NCBI GenBank assembly: GCA_014191855.1 | Contig: BJHF01000017.1 | Coordinates: 5,255 to 69,254, forward strand | Direction of reading: 5' to 3' | Length of the DNA: 64,000 bases | Origin: Deltaproteobacteria bacterium | GTDB taxonomy: Bacteria; Myxococcota_A; UBA796; SXON01 | In this document: positions 33,258 to 44,160 of the stretch, piece after piece | Layout of the letters: each line of letters opens with the position of its first letter | Numbering within the stretch: position 1 is the first letter of the stretch | Position numbers and translations under genes: made by a program | The notes under the pieces: model-generated | What the model was told of the DNA's origin: nothing | Database searches by the model: none | The model's input: the letters and a program-made list of their open reading frames with translations, nothing else

Positions 33258-34045
33258 CGGATCAGGCGCATCGGTGCCGGAGGGCGACTCACGCCGCGTC
33301 GCGTGTGGATCATCTCGGCGAGCACGGAGATGGCGATCTCTTCTGGGGTCTCCGCGCCGATGTCCAGCCCCACCGGGGCGCTCACCCGGGCGAGCCGCGC
33401 CGGATCGACACCCGCCGCCCGCAGGCGAAGATGGAACTTCGTCACCTTGGTGCGGCTGCCGATCAGGCCCAGCCACGCCCAGTCGCGGGCGACGAGTAAT
33501 TCAAGCAGATCCTGGTCGAGCTGGTGGTCATGGGTCACCAGCAGGATCCAGGTACGAGCGTCGCTCTCCAGGGCGCGAGCGACACCTCGCGGATCCCGAA
33601 CGAACCGCTCGCACTGCGGGAAGCGCGCCTCGGTGTTGAGCTCCTCCCGGTCGTCCACGACGGTGACCGACCAGCCGGCCTCCCGCGCGAAGCTCGCGGT
33701 CGGCCGCGCGACGTGGCCGGCGCCGAAGATCACCAGCCGATCCAGGGGGCGGAGGGGTTCGATAAAAACGTCCATTGCGCCTCCACAACACATGCCCAGA
33801 TCGCGGGTGAGGTGAACGCTGTAGCGGCGGGGCAAGCCCGTCGTGAGCGCCGAGAGCGCGGCTTCGATGACCTTGGCTTCGAAGTTCCCGCCACCAACCG
33901 TGCCGGCGATGCGCCCGTCGGGCCACACCACCATCCGCGCGCCGCTGCTGCGCGGCGCCGAGCCATCCACGCCGATGACCGTCGCGAGCGCAACGGTCTC
34001 GCCGCGCTCCGATGCCGCCACGAGCGTGCGCCAGACGTCGGTCAC
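33254..34045 (-). CDS. XdhC-family accessory protein
   Basis: The sequence reads LATVIGVDGSAPRSSGARMVV...GTVGGGNFE...LGMCCGGAMDVFIEP...LVIFGAGHVA...LVTHDHQLD...GLIGSRTKV...PVGLDIGAETPEEIAISVLAE. Confidence 0.85.
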   Translation of the reverse strand: MTDVWRTLVAASERGETVALATVIGVDGSAPRSSGARMVVWPDGRIAGTVGGGNFEAKVIEAALSALTTGLPRRYSVHLTRDLGMCCGGAMDVFIEPLRPLDRLVIFGAGHVARPTASFAREAGWSVTVVDDREELNTEARFPQCERFVRDPRGVARALESDARTWILLVTHDHQLDQDLLELLVARDWAWLGLIGSRTKVTKFHLRLRAAGVDPARLARVSAPVGLDIGAETPEEIAISVLAEMIHTRRGVSRPPAPMRLIR

Positions 34046-35347
34046 TCAGATCCCGGTGCGGGCGCGAACCCGGGCCAGAGCCGCGTCGGCCTCGCCCGCC
34101 AGCCGAGTCGGATCCACGCCAACGGCGTTCCCCGCTTCGGCAGCCAGCACCCCGCCTACATACACCCGATCCACCGCGCGCGCGTCGAGCTGGTAAACGA
34201 CCGCGGAGTACGGATCCCCGCCGCTCCATTGTCGGCGGGGATCGAGCACGATCAGGTCGGCGAGTCGCCCCGTCTCTACCACCCCGGCGTTGAGGCCGAG
34301 CGCAGCAGCGCCCTCCCGAGTCATCAGTCCCAGGACTGCCCGCGCGCTCATCGCGGTCGCGCCCAGCCGCGGCTTCTGGATGAGCGCAGCGAGACGCATC
34401 TCGGCGAAGGCATCCAGGCGGTTGTTGCATGGCGCGCCGTCGGCGCCGATCGACACGTGAACGCCCCGCTGGAGGAGCTCCGGAATCCGCGCGATGCCGC
34501 TCGCGAGCTTGAGATTGGAGGAGGGGCAGTGCAGGAGTCGGGTGCCCGTGCGCGCCAGCAGCGCCTCCTCCGCGTCCGTGAGGTGGATGCAATGGGCGAG
34601 CAAGACGTCGGGGCCAGACAGGCCCAGGCTGTCGAGGTGCTCGACGTTGTCCCGCCCCGTCAAGGCCCGCACCAGCTCCACCTCGTCGCGGTTCTCGCTG
34701 GCGTGGGTATGGATCAGCGCGCCGCGTTTCCGGGCTTCTTCGGCGCATGCACGGAGGAGCGTGTCCGTGCAGCTTGGGACGAACCGAGGGGCGTAGGCGT
34801 AACGACTGCGCCCGCGACCATGCCAGCGGTCGGCGAGATCGTTGGCCGAGCGCATGGAGGTGTCCGTGTCCTCCGAGAGCCCCGCCTCGTTCGCGCGATC
34901 CATCTGCGCTTTTCCGCAGAACAGGCGCAGCCCTGCGGCGGCGGCGACCTCGAACACGGCGTCGGTGTGCGCCACGGTGGCCATGTCCAACGCTGCCGTC
35001 GTGCCGCCGCCGAGGAGCTCGTTCACACCAAGCCGGGCCGACGTTGCGGTGCTGTCTACATCGTGCCCGCGCTCCAGCGGCCAGATGCGAGTGCGAAGCC
35101 AGTCCAACAGCACGAGATCGTCGGCGAGCCCGCGAAACAGGGTCTGGACGAGGTGGATGTGGGTTTGGACGAAGCCCGGGAGCAGCCACTTCCCCCGGCA
35201 ATCCACCTCATCGAACCCGTGGAGTCCCTGACCCATCGCGACGATGTGCTCGCCCGAAACCGCAACGTCTCCTTCGAAGGAGGAGCCGGCCGGATCACAC
35301 ACCAGAACGCGTGCATCCTTGAACACGAGGGGCCACGGACGCTGCAT
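34046..35347 (-). CDS. Amidohydrolase (MtaD / nucleobase-deaminase-like)
   Basis: The real start is ATG 35347 (MQRPWPLVFKDARVL) inside ORF 34046..35545. Motifs include LLPGFVQTHIHLVQT, IHTHASEN, LLAHCIHL and VSIGADGAPCNN. Its stop abuts the XdhC GTG start. Confidence 0.85.
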   Translation of the reverse strand: MQRPWPLVFKDARVLVCDPAGSSFEGDVAVSGEHIVAMGQGLHGFDEVDCRGKWLLPGFVQTHIHLVQTLFRGLADDLVLLDWLRTRIWPLERGHDVDSTATSARLGVNELLGGGTTAALDMATVAHTDAVFEVAAAAGLRLFCGKAQMDRANEAGLSEDTDTSMRSANDLADRWHGRGRSRYAYAPRFVPSCTDTLLRACAEEARKRGALIHTHASENRDEVELVRALTGRDNVEHLDSLGLSGPDVLLAHCIHLTDAEEALLARTGTRLLHCPSSNLKLASGIARIPELLQRGVHVSIGADGAPCNNRLDAFAEMRLAALIQKPRLGATAMSARAVLGLMTREGAAALGLNAGVVETGRLADLIVLDPRRQWSGGDPYSAVVYQLDARAVDRVYVGGVLAAEAGNAVGVDPTRLAGEADAALARVRARTGI

Positions 35348-35423
35348 GGCGGCCGCCTTACCGCAGTGAACGCTCGGTGTCGATTTGACCCGAGCGGCGC
35401 GGGCGCGTAGGCTGAGCGCCCCG

Positions 35424-37310
35424 ATGTGGTCGAGCCTGCTCTGTCTGGTGTTGTTGGCGCGCGCGCAAGATGTCGCGCCGGACGCGCCGGCGTTGGCGCC
35501 TGCTTCGATCGGCGAAGCCGCCGCGTGGCGCGAGGAGCGGGGCACCGCCCAGTTCGAAGCCGGCCCTCCGAGTCTGGTGCGGTTCGCGGCTGGCGGAAGT
35601 TGGCTGCTCGGCTTGGAAGATGGGGCGATCTACCGGTCGATGGATGGGGCTCGGACCTGGTCGCGCGTGTTGCGCGCCCCGAGCGAGCGCGAGGACGTGG
35701 ACGTCGAAGCAGCGTTGCTTGAAGGCGAAACCGTCGTCACGGAAGACGAAGAGCGGGTCGAGAGCAGCGCGGACAGCTCTGAGGATGCCGAGAGCGCGGC
35801 CGACACCAACGAAACCGTGGTGGAGGACCCGGAAGCGGAGGCCGAGGTGGTGGACCACGCCGAGGCTCCCACGGAGGGGCCCGACCGGGTGGCGGTCGAT
35901 GTGGACAAGGCGAGCGCAGACACGCTGCTGCACACGGCTGTCGAGAGCTCCGGCGGGGCCGTCGTTTGGTTCAACCCGGAAGATTCGACGGTCGCCTTGG
36001 CTGGCCGCAGCGACGGGATCTGGCGCTCTACCGACGGCGGGCTGCACTGGGCGCGGGTGGACTCCGCAGCCGATGCCCTGCGCTTTCTTGCTGTTCCCTC
36101 CATGGGAATCACCTTGGCAGGTACGAGCGCCGGTGTCCGCGTGTCGCCCGACGGCGGCGAGCGGTGGTTCGACACGGTGGACGTGACGGACGGCGCCGCA
36201 GTGGAAGCCCTGGTCGTGCTGGGGGACCGCATTCTCGCGGGTACGTCTCGCGGTTTGTACGCAAGCGCGGAGGGCTTACGCTGGAAGAAGCTGCCGCTCG
36301 ACGCGCCGGTCCTGGCGCTGCTCCCCGATCCGGGGTGGAAGGGCGGCTTGTGGGTTGCCACGCCAACGGGGCTGCGCCGCTCCGATGACGGCGGTGCCAC
36401 GTTCTACCAGTCGGGTCGGCAGATCATGCCGGGCCTGCGCGGCCTCGCGCAGCTCGAAGGGCAGGGGCACGTGCTGATCTGGGGGCCAGACGGCGTGTGG
36501 GAGTCCATGGACGGAGGCGTGACATGGCACCCGATCTACCAGGGTCTTCGTGATCCCGACGTGAGAGACGTCGTCGTCGTTGGGGCGCAGCCCGTGGCCG
36601 CGGCCTCGCGGTCGATCTGGCGCCTTGGCCTCGGAGGCGTCGCGGCCACGGGCGCGGCAGGCCGTCGTCAACGCAGTCCGCTCGCGCCGGAGGAGACGGA
36701 GCTGCTCGGCTTCCTCGTCGACACCGCCACGCGTCGGCAAGGTCTGGACCTCAATACCCTCAATCCGGGCGCGCTCGCAGCGAAGGCCTACCTGCCGATG
36801 TTGATGGTCACCGGGCGCTACGGGTTTGTGGAGGGGCGCGACAGCACCTTGCTCACCAGTCAAACTACCGAGCGCGCGGATGGGGACTGGTCGGTGTCGG
36901 CGATGTTGTGCTTTGGCGGCTGCTCTACCTCGGCAATCTACGACGTTGCCGATGCGATCGACTCCTCGGCCGGCGTGGTGGACACACAGGGTTTGGAGAC
37001 GCTCGGCGTCGACACGCTCCCCCGCCAGATCGACTCGCTGTACGCGCTCGGCGACGAGCTGGTCGGCGAGGGATCCGAGGCGTTCGCTGCCACGAACACG
37101 GCCCAGAACATCCGCAAGTACCGCCAGCAGGTGGCCGATCAGGTCGCCGGTGCCTGGTCTACCATTCAACGCCTCGACCACACACCGCCGCCGCCCTCGC
37201 TGCAAGGCACGGTGGACCGACTCCTCGACATCGCGGAGGCGGAAGCCCGCCTCGACCTCTACACCGACGGCGCCTACACCCGCGCTCGCACCTCGGAGAC
37301 CGCACTATGA
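35424..37310 (+). CDS. Secreted BNR/Ycf48-like repeat (beta-propeller) protein
   Basis: ATG 35424 gives the signal peptide MWSSLLCLVLLARAQD. The S-x-D-x-G-x-x-W motif repeats (YRSMDGARTWSRV, WRSTDGGLHWARV, VSPDGGERWFDT, RRSDDGGATFYQS, WESMDGGVTWHPI). Confidence 0.7.
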   Translation: MWSSLLCLVLLARAQDVAPDAPALAPASIGEAAAWREERGTAQFEAGPPSLVRFAAGGSWLLGLEDGAIYRSMDGARTWSRVLRAPSEREDVDVEAALLEGETVVTEDEERVESSADSSEDAESAADTNETVVEDPEAEAEVVDHAEAPTEGPDRVAVDVDKASADTLLHTAVESSGGAVVWFNPEDSTVALAGRSDGIWRSTDGGLHWARVDSAADALRFLAVPSMGITLAGTSAGVRVSPDGGERWFDTVDVTDGAAVEALVVLGDRILAGTSRGLYASAEGLRWKKLPLDAPVLALLPDPGWKGGLWVATPTGLRRSDDGGATFYQSGRQIMPGLRGLAQLEGQGHVLIWGPDGVWESMDGGVTWHPIYQGLRDPDVRDVVVVGAQPVAAASRSIWRLGLGGVAATGAAGRRQRSPLAPEETELLGFLVDTATRRQGLDLNTLNPGALAAKAYLPMLMVTGRYGFVEGRDSTLLTSQTTERADGDWSVSAMLCFGGCSTSAIYDVADAIDSSAGVVDTQGLETLGVDTLPRQIDSLYALGDELVGEGSEAFAATNTAQNIRKYRQQVADQVAGAWSTIQRLDHTPPPPSLQGTVDRLLDIAEAEARLDLYTDGAYTRARTSETAL

Positions 37311-37969
37311 ACCTCATCTTCGCCCTCAGCCTCGCCGCCCAGCCGGTCTACGCGGCCGACTTCAACTCGCCGGAAGAGGTGCTTTCGCAGTTCAAGGACG
37401 AGCCCTCCATCGCCGCCGTGCAGGGCATGGCGCTGGATTACAGCAAGACGGACCCGAAGTACCTGGACGCATGGATGAAGGCTGCGAAGTCTGCTGCCGC
37501 CCTCCCCTCAGTCACCTTGTACTACAACTACAAGAACAGCTACGGCACCGACTACGGCTACTACACGCCCGAAGAGATCTCGGACGACGTGGCGGCCGAC
37601 AACGAGGCGCTGAGCGAGAGCGACGCCTCCGATCTCGCCTTCGGGCCGTTCGAAACCGCCAAGGGTATCGACATCTACCATGTGGGTTCGGTGCGGGCAA
37701 CCTGGCAATTAGACGAGCTTGTGATGTCGAGCAACGAGATCCGGGTGATCAATGAGGCCCAGGACATCGTGAAGCTGCGCGACAAGGTGATGGAGGAGGT
37801 GACGCGGCTGTACTTCGAGCGGCGCCGTCTCCAGGTGGACCAGCTCCTCGGCAACGGCGGCGAGCTCAAGAAAAAGGTTTCGGATGAGCTGCGCCTCGCG
37901 GAGCTCACGGCCCAGCTCGACGCGTACACGGGCGGCCGCTTCAGCCGAGAGCTCAACAAGAAGCCGTAG
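37307..37969 (+). CDS. Hypothetical secreted protein
   Basis: ATG 37307 overlaps the upstream stop (ATGA). The signal peptide is [18 protein letters not shown] and the C-terminus is coiled ([18 protein letters not shown]). Confidence 0.6.
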   Translation: MNLIFALSLAAQPVYAADFNSPEEVLSQFKDEPSIAAVQGMALDYSKTDPKYLDAWMKAAKSAAALPSVTLYYNYKNSYGTDYGYYTPEEISDDVAADNEALSESDASDLAFGPFETAKGIDIYHVGSVRATWQLDELVMSSNEIRVINEAQDIVKLRDKVMEEVTRLYFERRRLQVDQLLGNGGELKKKVSDELRLAELTAQLDAYTGGRFSRELNKKP

Positions 37970-38000
37970 GACACGTGCGGGGCGGGTTAGCCCCGGGGCG

Positions 38001-39518
38001 ATGTCGGCCCATCAGCTCGTCCTCATCCTCGACTTCGGCTCGCAGTTCACCCAGCTCATCGCCCGGCGCGTGCGAGAGCTGGGCGTTTACTGTGAGATCC
38101 ACCCCTGCACGCTCGAGCCCCGGGCTTTGGATGGCCTCGTCGGCATCATCCTGAGCGGGGGCCCGAGCAGCGTGTACGACCACGACGCGCCGCCGTTCCA
38201 CGATGGGTGGTTGGCGCAGGGCGTTCCCATCCTGGGCGTTTGCTACGGCATGCAGTTGCTCACGCATCGCCAGGGTGGCGAGGTTTCGCCCGCCGGCGCG
38301 CGAGAATTCGGGTTGGCTCAGCTCAGCGTCAGCGGCGGGGCGGTGTTCACCGGTCTGGGCGGCCAGCTGCCCGTCTGGATGAGCCACGGTGATCAAGTCG
38401 CCAGGATGCCGGAGGGATTCGTTATTGCCGCGTCGACCGAAACCTGCCCGGTGGCCGCGTTCGAGGATCCGGTGCGGCGCCAGTACGGCATCCAGTTCCA
38501 CCCCGAGGTCACCCACACTCGCGACGGCATGCGGATGTTATCCAATTTCGTGCGCGGGATCTGCGGCGCGCGTGGCGACTGGACGATGCGCGGGTTTGTT
38601 GGCGAGCAGGTCGAGCGAATTCAGGAGCGGGTCGGCACAGGCGAGGTGATCTGCGCCTTGTCCGGCGGTGTGGACAGCTCGGTGACGGCGGCGATCCTGC
38701 ACAAAGCGCTGGGGGACCGGCTGCACTGCATCTTCGTGGACAACGGTCTGCTCCGAAACGGCGAACGCGAGGCGGTCCGGGCCGAGTTTGGAGACTTCGA
38801 CCTCACGGTGGTTGACGCGACGGACCGTTTCCTCAACGCGCTGGCCGGCGTCGTGGAGCCGGAGCGCAAGCGCAAGATCATCGGGGAGACGTTTATTCGG
38901 ATCTTCGAGGAACAAGCCCGGCGCTTCGAGAACGCCCAGTGGTTGGCGCAGGGAACGCTCTACCCGGACGTGATCGAGTCCGTGAGCTTCCGGGGCCCTT
39001 CGGCGACGATCAAGTCGCACCACAACGTGGGTGGCCTGCCGGACGACATGAAGCTGCAGCTCATCGAGCCGCTCCGCGAGCTGTTCAAGGACGAGGTTCG
39101 GGTGCTTGGACGCGAGCTTGGGCTCAGCGCGGGTCGCGTGGACCGGCAGCCGTTTCCCGGCCCCGGGATGGCGGTGCGCTGCCTTGGTGAGCTCACGCCC
39201 GCGCGCCTCGCCGTGCTGCGGGATGCGGATGCGATCGTGCAGGCGGAATTGGAGCCCCTGAACCTGGGCCTCTGGCAGGGCTTCGCGGTGTTGCTCCCGG
39301 TCAAAAGCGTCGGCGTCATGGGGGATGCGCGCACGTACGAAGAGGTGTGCGCGATCCGCTGCGTGCACAGCACGGACGGGATGACGGCCCATGTCGCCGA
39401 CATCCCGATGTCGGTGCTCACCCGCATCGCGAACCGCATCATCAACGAAGTGCGAGGGATCAACCGGGTGGTTTACGATGTATCCACCAAGCCCCCGGCC
39501 ACCATCGAGTGGGAGTAG
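38001..39518 (+). CDS. guaA: GMP synthase (glutamine-hydrolysing)
   Basis: ATG 38001. The sequence reads [28 protein letters not shown]...GVCYGMQL...[10 protein letters not shown]...HHNVGGLP...KPPATIEWE. Confidence 0.95.
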   Translation: MSAHQLVLILDFGSQFTQLIARRVRELGVYCEIHPCTLEPRALDGLVGIILSGGPSSVYDHDAPPFHDGWLAQGVPILGVCYGMQLLTHRQGGEVSPAGAREFGLAQLSVSGGAVFTGLGGQLPVWMSHGDQVARMPEGFVIAASTETCPVAAFEDPVRRQYGIQFHPEVTHTRDGMRMLSNFVRGICGARGDWTMRGFVGEQVERIQERVGTGEVICALSGGVDSSVTAAILHKALGDRLHCIFVDNGLLRNGEREAVRAEFGDFDLTVVDATDRFLNALAGVVEPERKRKIIGETFIRIFEEQARRFENAQWLAQGTLYPDVIESVSFRGPSATIKSHHNVGGLPDDMKLQLIEPLRELFKDEVRVLGRELGLSAGRVDRQPFPGPGMAVRCLGELTPARLAVLRDADAIVQAELEPLNLGLWQGFAVLLPVKSVGVMGDARTYEEVCAIRCVHSTDGMTAHVADIPMSVLTRIANRIINEVRGINRVVYDVSTKPPATIEWE

Positions 39519-40861
39519 GGCGCCGCGCTGCCGGTTGGGTCGCGAGCCTCGGGGGGCTCGGGTTCATTGGCATCGCAGCGTCGCCCATCGCGTGGCACCA
39601 GGCGGTCGTCGCGGGGATCTGCGGGGGCGTCGCCCTCGTCGCGCCGCCGTACCTGGCGCGCCTATGCCTGGCGATGGGCCTCGCGGCCGCCGTTTCCGCA
39701 GCCGACGTGGCGGCGCAGGCGGCTGCGGGGGGGCTTGCCGCGCTGGTGGTGATCACGGGGCTGGTGTCCGGGCAGCAAGGGGAGCCGGCGGAGCGGGAGG
39801 CGCGCAAGATTCTCCTGCAGGTCGCACTGGCGGCAGGCCTGCTCGGGCTCATACTGGCCGCGAAGCAGGGGATCGCGGCGAGCGCGCTGCCCGCCGCAGC
39901 CGGAGGATCGGCCCGGGCCTGGGCGATGGGGCTCGCTGTGGCGGGCTCGGCTGCCGTGGCCGCCGCGGTGCCCGCCAGCCGGTCGGCGCTCGCGGAGGAA
40001 GATCCACGCGGGCTCTCCGTCCACGCGCCGCCCCGCGCCTCGCTGGGTCTTCGGCTCCGCGCCTTCGCCGGGGGTTTGGGCCCGTTGGCGCTCGCGCTCG
40101 TGCTCATCGGCTTCGGCGCGCTCGGACGCTTGGCGCGGCTGCCGCAGCTCGCCGCGCCAGCGCGTCTGGCGGCCGCGATCCCCCTCGACGGCGTGCCGCT
40201 CGTGATCGACGGGGTGGTCGAGCAATCCAAGGAAGATCCGACCACCTTGACTGCCGCGTTGAGGGCGGCGCCGACCCACGACGGGGCTGCGCTCGCCCTG
40301 GGCTGGGAGGCTGCGCTCACCGCAGGTTGGCGTCCCCATCGCGCCGACGGGGTCGTGACCGAGGTCGCGCGGGCACTGGAACGCGCCGGTCGAGGCGGAG
40401 AGGCGATCCGCCTGCTGGCGAAACACCCGCGGGTCGGCGAGGTGGATGCCCTCCGCACCCTCTTCGAGCGCACGCAAGGCCTCCCTGAAGACTGGCGCGG
40501 CGGGCGGCTCGGGCTCGTCATCGAGTCCCACACCGGCTCGCTATGTGACTCGTGTTTCGTGTTCATGCACAACGAGAGCCGGGAAATCGAATTCACGACG
40601 CTGGCGGAGCCGTTCGACGCTTGGCTGGTGGTTGGCTGCGACGGCGCCGCGTTCGAGGGTCAACCAGAGCTTTCGTTTACACTGGACGGGCAGACCCCAT
40701 GGGTCGTGGAGTGTCCAGCCGAGGCTGAGCGCAAGACGGCGTGGCTGGCCCCCGGCCCGCACCGCCTCCGCATCGCGTTCGAGAACGACCGGGAGGGCCC
40801 CGGCGGCGACCGCAACGTCGGCGTCACCGCGCTGACCGTCCTTCCTTTCGCGGGGCTCTGA
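39509..40861 (+). CDS. Polytopic membrane protein with C-terminal carbohydrate-binding-like domain (hypothetical)
   Basis: The part of ORF 39347..40861 beyond the guaA stop has Ala/Gly/Leu-rich TM segments. Its tail reads [23 protein letters not shown]. The start is uncertain; GTG 39509 is the first candidate. Confidence 0.5.
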   Translation: MGVGRRAAGWVASLGGLGFIGIAASPIAWHQAVVAGICGGVALVAPPYLARLCLAMGLAAAVSAADVAAQAAAGGLAALVVITGLVSGQQGEPAEREARKILLQVALAAGLLGLILAAKQGIAASALPAAAGGSARAWAMGLAVAGSAAVAAAVPASRSALAEEDPRGLSVHAPPRASLGLRLRAFAGGLGPLALALVLIGFGALGRLARLPQLAAPARLAAAIPLDGVPLVIDGVVEQSKEDPTTLTAALRAAPTHDGAALALGWEAALTAGWRPHRADGVVTEVARALERAGRGGEAIRLLAKHPRVGEVDALRTLFERTQGLPEDWRGGRLGLVIESHTGSLCDSCFVFMHNESREIEFTTLAEPFDAWLVVGCDGAAFEGQPELSFTLDGQTPWVVECPAEAERKTAWLAPGPHRLRIAFENDREGPGGDRNVGVTALTVLPFAGL

Positions 40862-40910
40862 CGATCGTCAGCGGGTTAGGCGGCTCCCTCGCAGAGTCCG
40901 CACCGCCCCA

Positions 40911-42683
40911 ATGCCGATCCCCGCCACCCTCGTTCACGCGCTGCACGCCGCCCCGGCGAGCGAAACTCGCGGTTTTCACTTCGTTGCCGGGCGCGGGGAG
41001 GATGTTCGGCTCTCGTATGCGGAGCTGGCCGCCGAGGCGGATCGGCTCGGGCGGAAGCTGCGCGAGGCGGGGGCGCTCCCAGGCGAGCGGATTGGCCTGA
41101 TCTTCCCCGATCCGCGCGACTTCGTGGTGAGCTTCTTTGGCGCCTTGCGCGCCGGCCTCGTGCCCGTGCCGATGTACCCGCCGCTCTCGATGGGCAAGCT
41201 CGACGCGTACATGGAGAGCGCCACGCGGATCCTCGCTACGGCCGGCGCGCGCCGCCTGCTGGTCGCGGATTCGATGGCGAAGTTGATGTGGGCGCTGGTC
41301 GGGTCGGCCAAGCTCGCCGATCTGCACACCGTCAGCGGGCTCGCCGGCCCAGCAAAGCCGATGGATCTGCCGTTGCCTGAGCCGGGCGACGTATGTTTTC
41401 TTCAGTTCACCTCCGGCAGCACCTCCGACCCGAAGGGGGTCGTCGTCAGCCACGCCAACCTGATGGCAAATACCCGGGCGCAGGCGGTGGACGGCGCCGC
41501 GCTCGACCCGGAAACCGATCGCCTCGTGAGCTGGTTGCCGCTGTATCACGACATGGGGCTCATTGGTTTTGTGGTTACGCCGGTGGTGATGGGGATGGAC
41601 ACCTGGTTGATCCCCACGATGAGCTTCGTTCGGCAGCCCAATCTCTGGATGGAGACGGTCCATCGAGTGGGGGGGACGATCAGCTTCGCTCCCAACTTTG
41701 CGTTTGCGTTGGCGGCGCGCCGGGCGACAGACGAGCACCTCGCGCGTTGGGACCTCTCGAAGCTGCGTCTGGTCGGGTGTGGCGCCGAGCCGATCCAGGC
41801 CGGTACGCTCCGTAATTTCCACACGGTCTTCGCCAGGGCCGGGATGCCCGCCACCGCCGCGTTGCCCGCCTATGGCATGGCCGAGGCGACCCTGGCCGTG
41901 TCCTTCAAGCGCCGGGCCAACGAATTCCGCAGCCTGAGGGTCGATGCCGTGGAGCTCTGCGAGAGCGGACGCGTCGTGGAGGTCCCGGCCGACCACGCCG
42001 GCCCGATCCAGGAATTCGTTTCGTGCGGCCACGTGTTGCCGCACCACCGCGTGGAAATCGTCGATGACGCCGGCGCGCTCCTTGGTGAGGGCGTCGAGGG
42101 CGAATTGGTGGTGTACGGTCCGAGTGTCACGGCCGGCTACTATGAAAACCCGGTTTCTACTGCGGCATCGTTCATTGGCGGGGGCGTTCGCACCGGCGAT
42201 CTTGGATTTATCCACGACGGCGAGCTGTACGTCAGCGGTCGCCTCAAGGATCTGGTCATCCTCAATGGCAAGAACGTTCACCCCCAGTCCATTGAGTGGG
42301 TGGCGGCGGAGGTTCCCGGCGTTCGCCGTGGAAACGTCGTTGCGTTCTCCCGGCCGGGCGAAAATACGGAGGAGCTCGTGCTCGCGGTCGAGCGCACCAC
42401 CGATGGGCCCCCCGCCGACGAGCTGGCGAAGGCCGTGGCCGCCCACGTGCAGGAGTCGATGGGGTTGGCCGTCGCCGACGTGGTCGTGATCCAGGCCGGG
42501 GCGCTCCCGAAAACCAGCTCTGGCAAGCTCCAACGCCGCAAGACGCGGGATCACTACTTGGCGGGCGCCCTGGGCACGGAGGGGGTCCGTACGATGGGTG
42601 CGGGCGCCGAGCGCCTCACCGCCGCCAAGCACCTCGCCCGGTCGTTGTTTGCCCGGGTGAAGCACGGGATCACGGGGGGCTGA
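40911..42683 (+). CDS. Fatty acyl-AMP ligase / AMP-dependent synthetase
   Basis: The sequence reads CFLQFTSGSTSDPKGVVVSHANL...WLPLYHDMGLIGFV...GYYENP...TGDLGF...GRLKDLVILNGKN...PKTSSGKLQRR. Confidence 0.85.
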   Translation: MPIPATLVHALHAAPASETRGFHFVAGRGEDVRLSYAELAAEADRLGRKLREAGALPGERIGLIFPDPRDFVVSFFGALRAGLVPVPMYPPLSMGKLDAYMESATRILATAGARRLLVADSMAKLMWALVGSAKLADLHTVSGLAGPAKPMDLPLPEPGDVCFLQFTSGSTSDPKGVVVSHANLMANTRAQAVDGAALDPETDRLVSWLPLYHDMGLIGFVVTPVVMGMDTWLIPTMSFVRQPNLWMETVHRVGGTISFAPNFAFALAARRATDEHLARWDLSKLRLVGCGAEPIQAGTLRNFHTVFARAGMPATAALPAYGMAEATLAVSFKRRANEFRSLRVDAVELCESGRVVEVPADHAGPIQEFVSCGHVLPHHRVEIVDDAGALLGEGVEGELVVYGPSVTAGYYENPVSTAASFIGGGVRTGDLGFIHDGELYVSGRLKDLVILNGKNVHPQSIEWVAAEVPGVRRGNVVAFSRPGENTEELVLAVERTTDGPPADELAKAVAAHVQESMGLAVADVVVIQAGALPKTSSGKLQRRKTRDHYLAGALGTEGVRTMGAGAERLTAAKHLARSLFARVKHGITGG

Positions 42684-42687
42684 GCGC

Positions 42688-43611
42688 GTGGCAACGCCGA
42701 CCCCGGCCGAATCGGAGGCTCGACCGGTGCCGCCGGCGTGGGACGACGCGATGGAGGGCTACCTGGCTTGGACGCGGGTCGAGCGCGCCCTCTCCAAAAA
42801 CACCCAGCTCGCGTACCGAGCCGATCTTACCCGCCTCGCGATCTGGATGGGCGACAACGGTCGCCCCGACCCGGTTGGCGTTCGCCACGAGGATCTCGCC
42901 GCCTACCTGGTCGCCCTCCATGCGGCATCCCTGGATAGCCGCTCCATGGCGCGCCATCGCAGCTCGCTTCGTCAGTATTTTCGTTGGCTCGTGGCCGAAA
43001 ACTTGATCGCCGATGATCCAAGCGGCTTGTTGACGTCACCGAAATTTGGCCTGCGCATCCCGACGGTGCTCAGCGAGGCCCAGGTGGAGAAGATCCTCGC
43101 CGTACCGGACGAGGGGAATCCGCTGGCCGTGCGTGACCGCGCGATGATCGAGCTCATGTACGCTACGGGGCTGCGTGTGAGCGAGCTGGTGGGGCTCCCG
43201 CTCTCGGGGGTGCACCTCGAAGGGGGCTTTTTGCGCGTGCGCGGCAAGGGCAACAAGGAGCGGCTGATCCCGATGGGGGATCAGGCCCGGGAGCTGATTG
43301 TCCACTACGTCGCTGAGGTGCGGAAGCCGGGGGGGAGCACGCTTTTCCTCACGCGGCGCGGCACAGCGATGACCCGCCAGAACTTCTGGGAACGACTGGT
43401 GACGTACGCCCGCCTCGCGGGGGTGCGCGGGAAGGTGAGCCCGCACGTGATCCGCCACTCGTTTGCCACGCACCTGCTCAACCACGGGGCCGACCTTCGC
43501 GCCGTGCAGGCGATGCTCGGGCACGTGGACATCTCCACGACGCAGATCTACACCCACGTTACGCGCGAGCGCCTCAAGCGGCTGCACGCGGAGTTCCACC
43601 CGCGGGGGTAG
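42688..43611 (+). CDS. xerD: Tyrosine site-specific recombinase XerD
   Basis: The sequence reads YLAWTRVERALSKNTQLAYRADL...ELMYATGLRVSELVGL...VRGKGNKERLIPMG...VSPHVIRHSFATHLLNHGADLRAVQAMLGHVDISTTQIYTHV. Confidence 0.9.
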   Translation: MATPTPAESEARPVPPAWDDAMEGYLAWTRVERALSKNTQLAYRADLTRLAIWMGDNGRPDPVGVRHEDLAAYLVALHAASLDSRSMARHRSSLRQYFRWLVAENLIADDPSGLLTSPKFGLRIPTVLSEAQVEKILAVPDEGNPLAVRDRAMIELMYATGLRVSELVGLPLSGVHLEGGFLRVRGKGNKERLIPMGDQARELIVHYVAEVRKPGGSTLFLTRRGTAMTRQNFWERLVTYARLAGVRGKVSPHVIRHSFATHLLNHGADLRAVQAMLGHVDISTTQIYTHVTRERLKRLHAEFHPRG

Positions 43612-43690
43612 GCGCCGGCGGGCGCGTGTCCGACCCACTTTCCGCGTAGGGGCGGACCCCCCTGTCCGCCCTCGATGTTAGCCCTTCTCC

Positions 43691-44140
43691 ATGTTCATCC
43701 TCACCCTCTGGAGCTGTGCCGACGCCCTCGTGGTGGGGGATGGAAAGCGGGGAGCCCCCGATAGCGGTGGCGAGGACACGGCGCGGGAAGCGCCCGTCGC
43801 GCCCGTCGCCGGCGAGTACGCCGGCACCCTCACCGCGCAGGTAACCGTGAACGGGCGGGTGGGGAGCTGCGAGGGGGAAGCGACGCTTACCGTCGCAGCC
43901 GATGCCTCGTTCTCTGGCACGGCCGGCTGCACCTCCGATCTGATCGACCCGCTGGAGGGCCCGCTGTCCGGGAACGCCGTCGGCGGCGATGTGAGCGGCA
44001 CCTGGGCGGTCGTCTACGCCGACACCGAGTTCACCCAGATCCTCGCAGGTTCCACCACGGCCTCTTCGATTGAGCTCTCGTCCCAGTTCGAAGGGGAGGA
44101 AGTGCGAGTCATCTCGACGATGCTGCTCAACAAGCTGTAG
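43691..44140 (+). CDS. Hypothetical lipoprotein
   Basis: MFILTLWSC lipobox and coding-like composition. Confidence 0.55.
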   Translation: MFILTLWSCADALVVGDGKRGAPDSGGEDTAREAPVAPVAGEYAGTLTAQVTVNGRVGSCEGEATLTVAADASFSGTAGCTSDLIDPLEGPLSGNAVGGDVSGTWAVVYADTEFTQILAGSTTASSIELSSQFEGEEVRVISTMLLNKL

Positions 44141-44160
44141 GCGGCTGGATAGCTGCGCGG

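Noticed and set aside
39347-39508. The 5' part of ORF 39347..40861 as coding sequence
   Set aside because: It lies entirely inside the well-supported guaA gene in another frame. Only the part after about 39509 is plausibly a separate membrane-protein gene.
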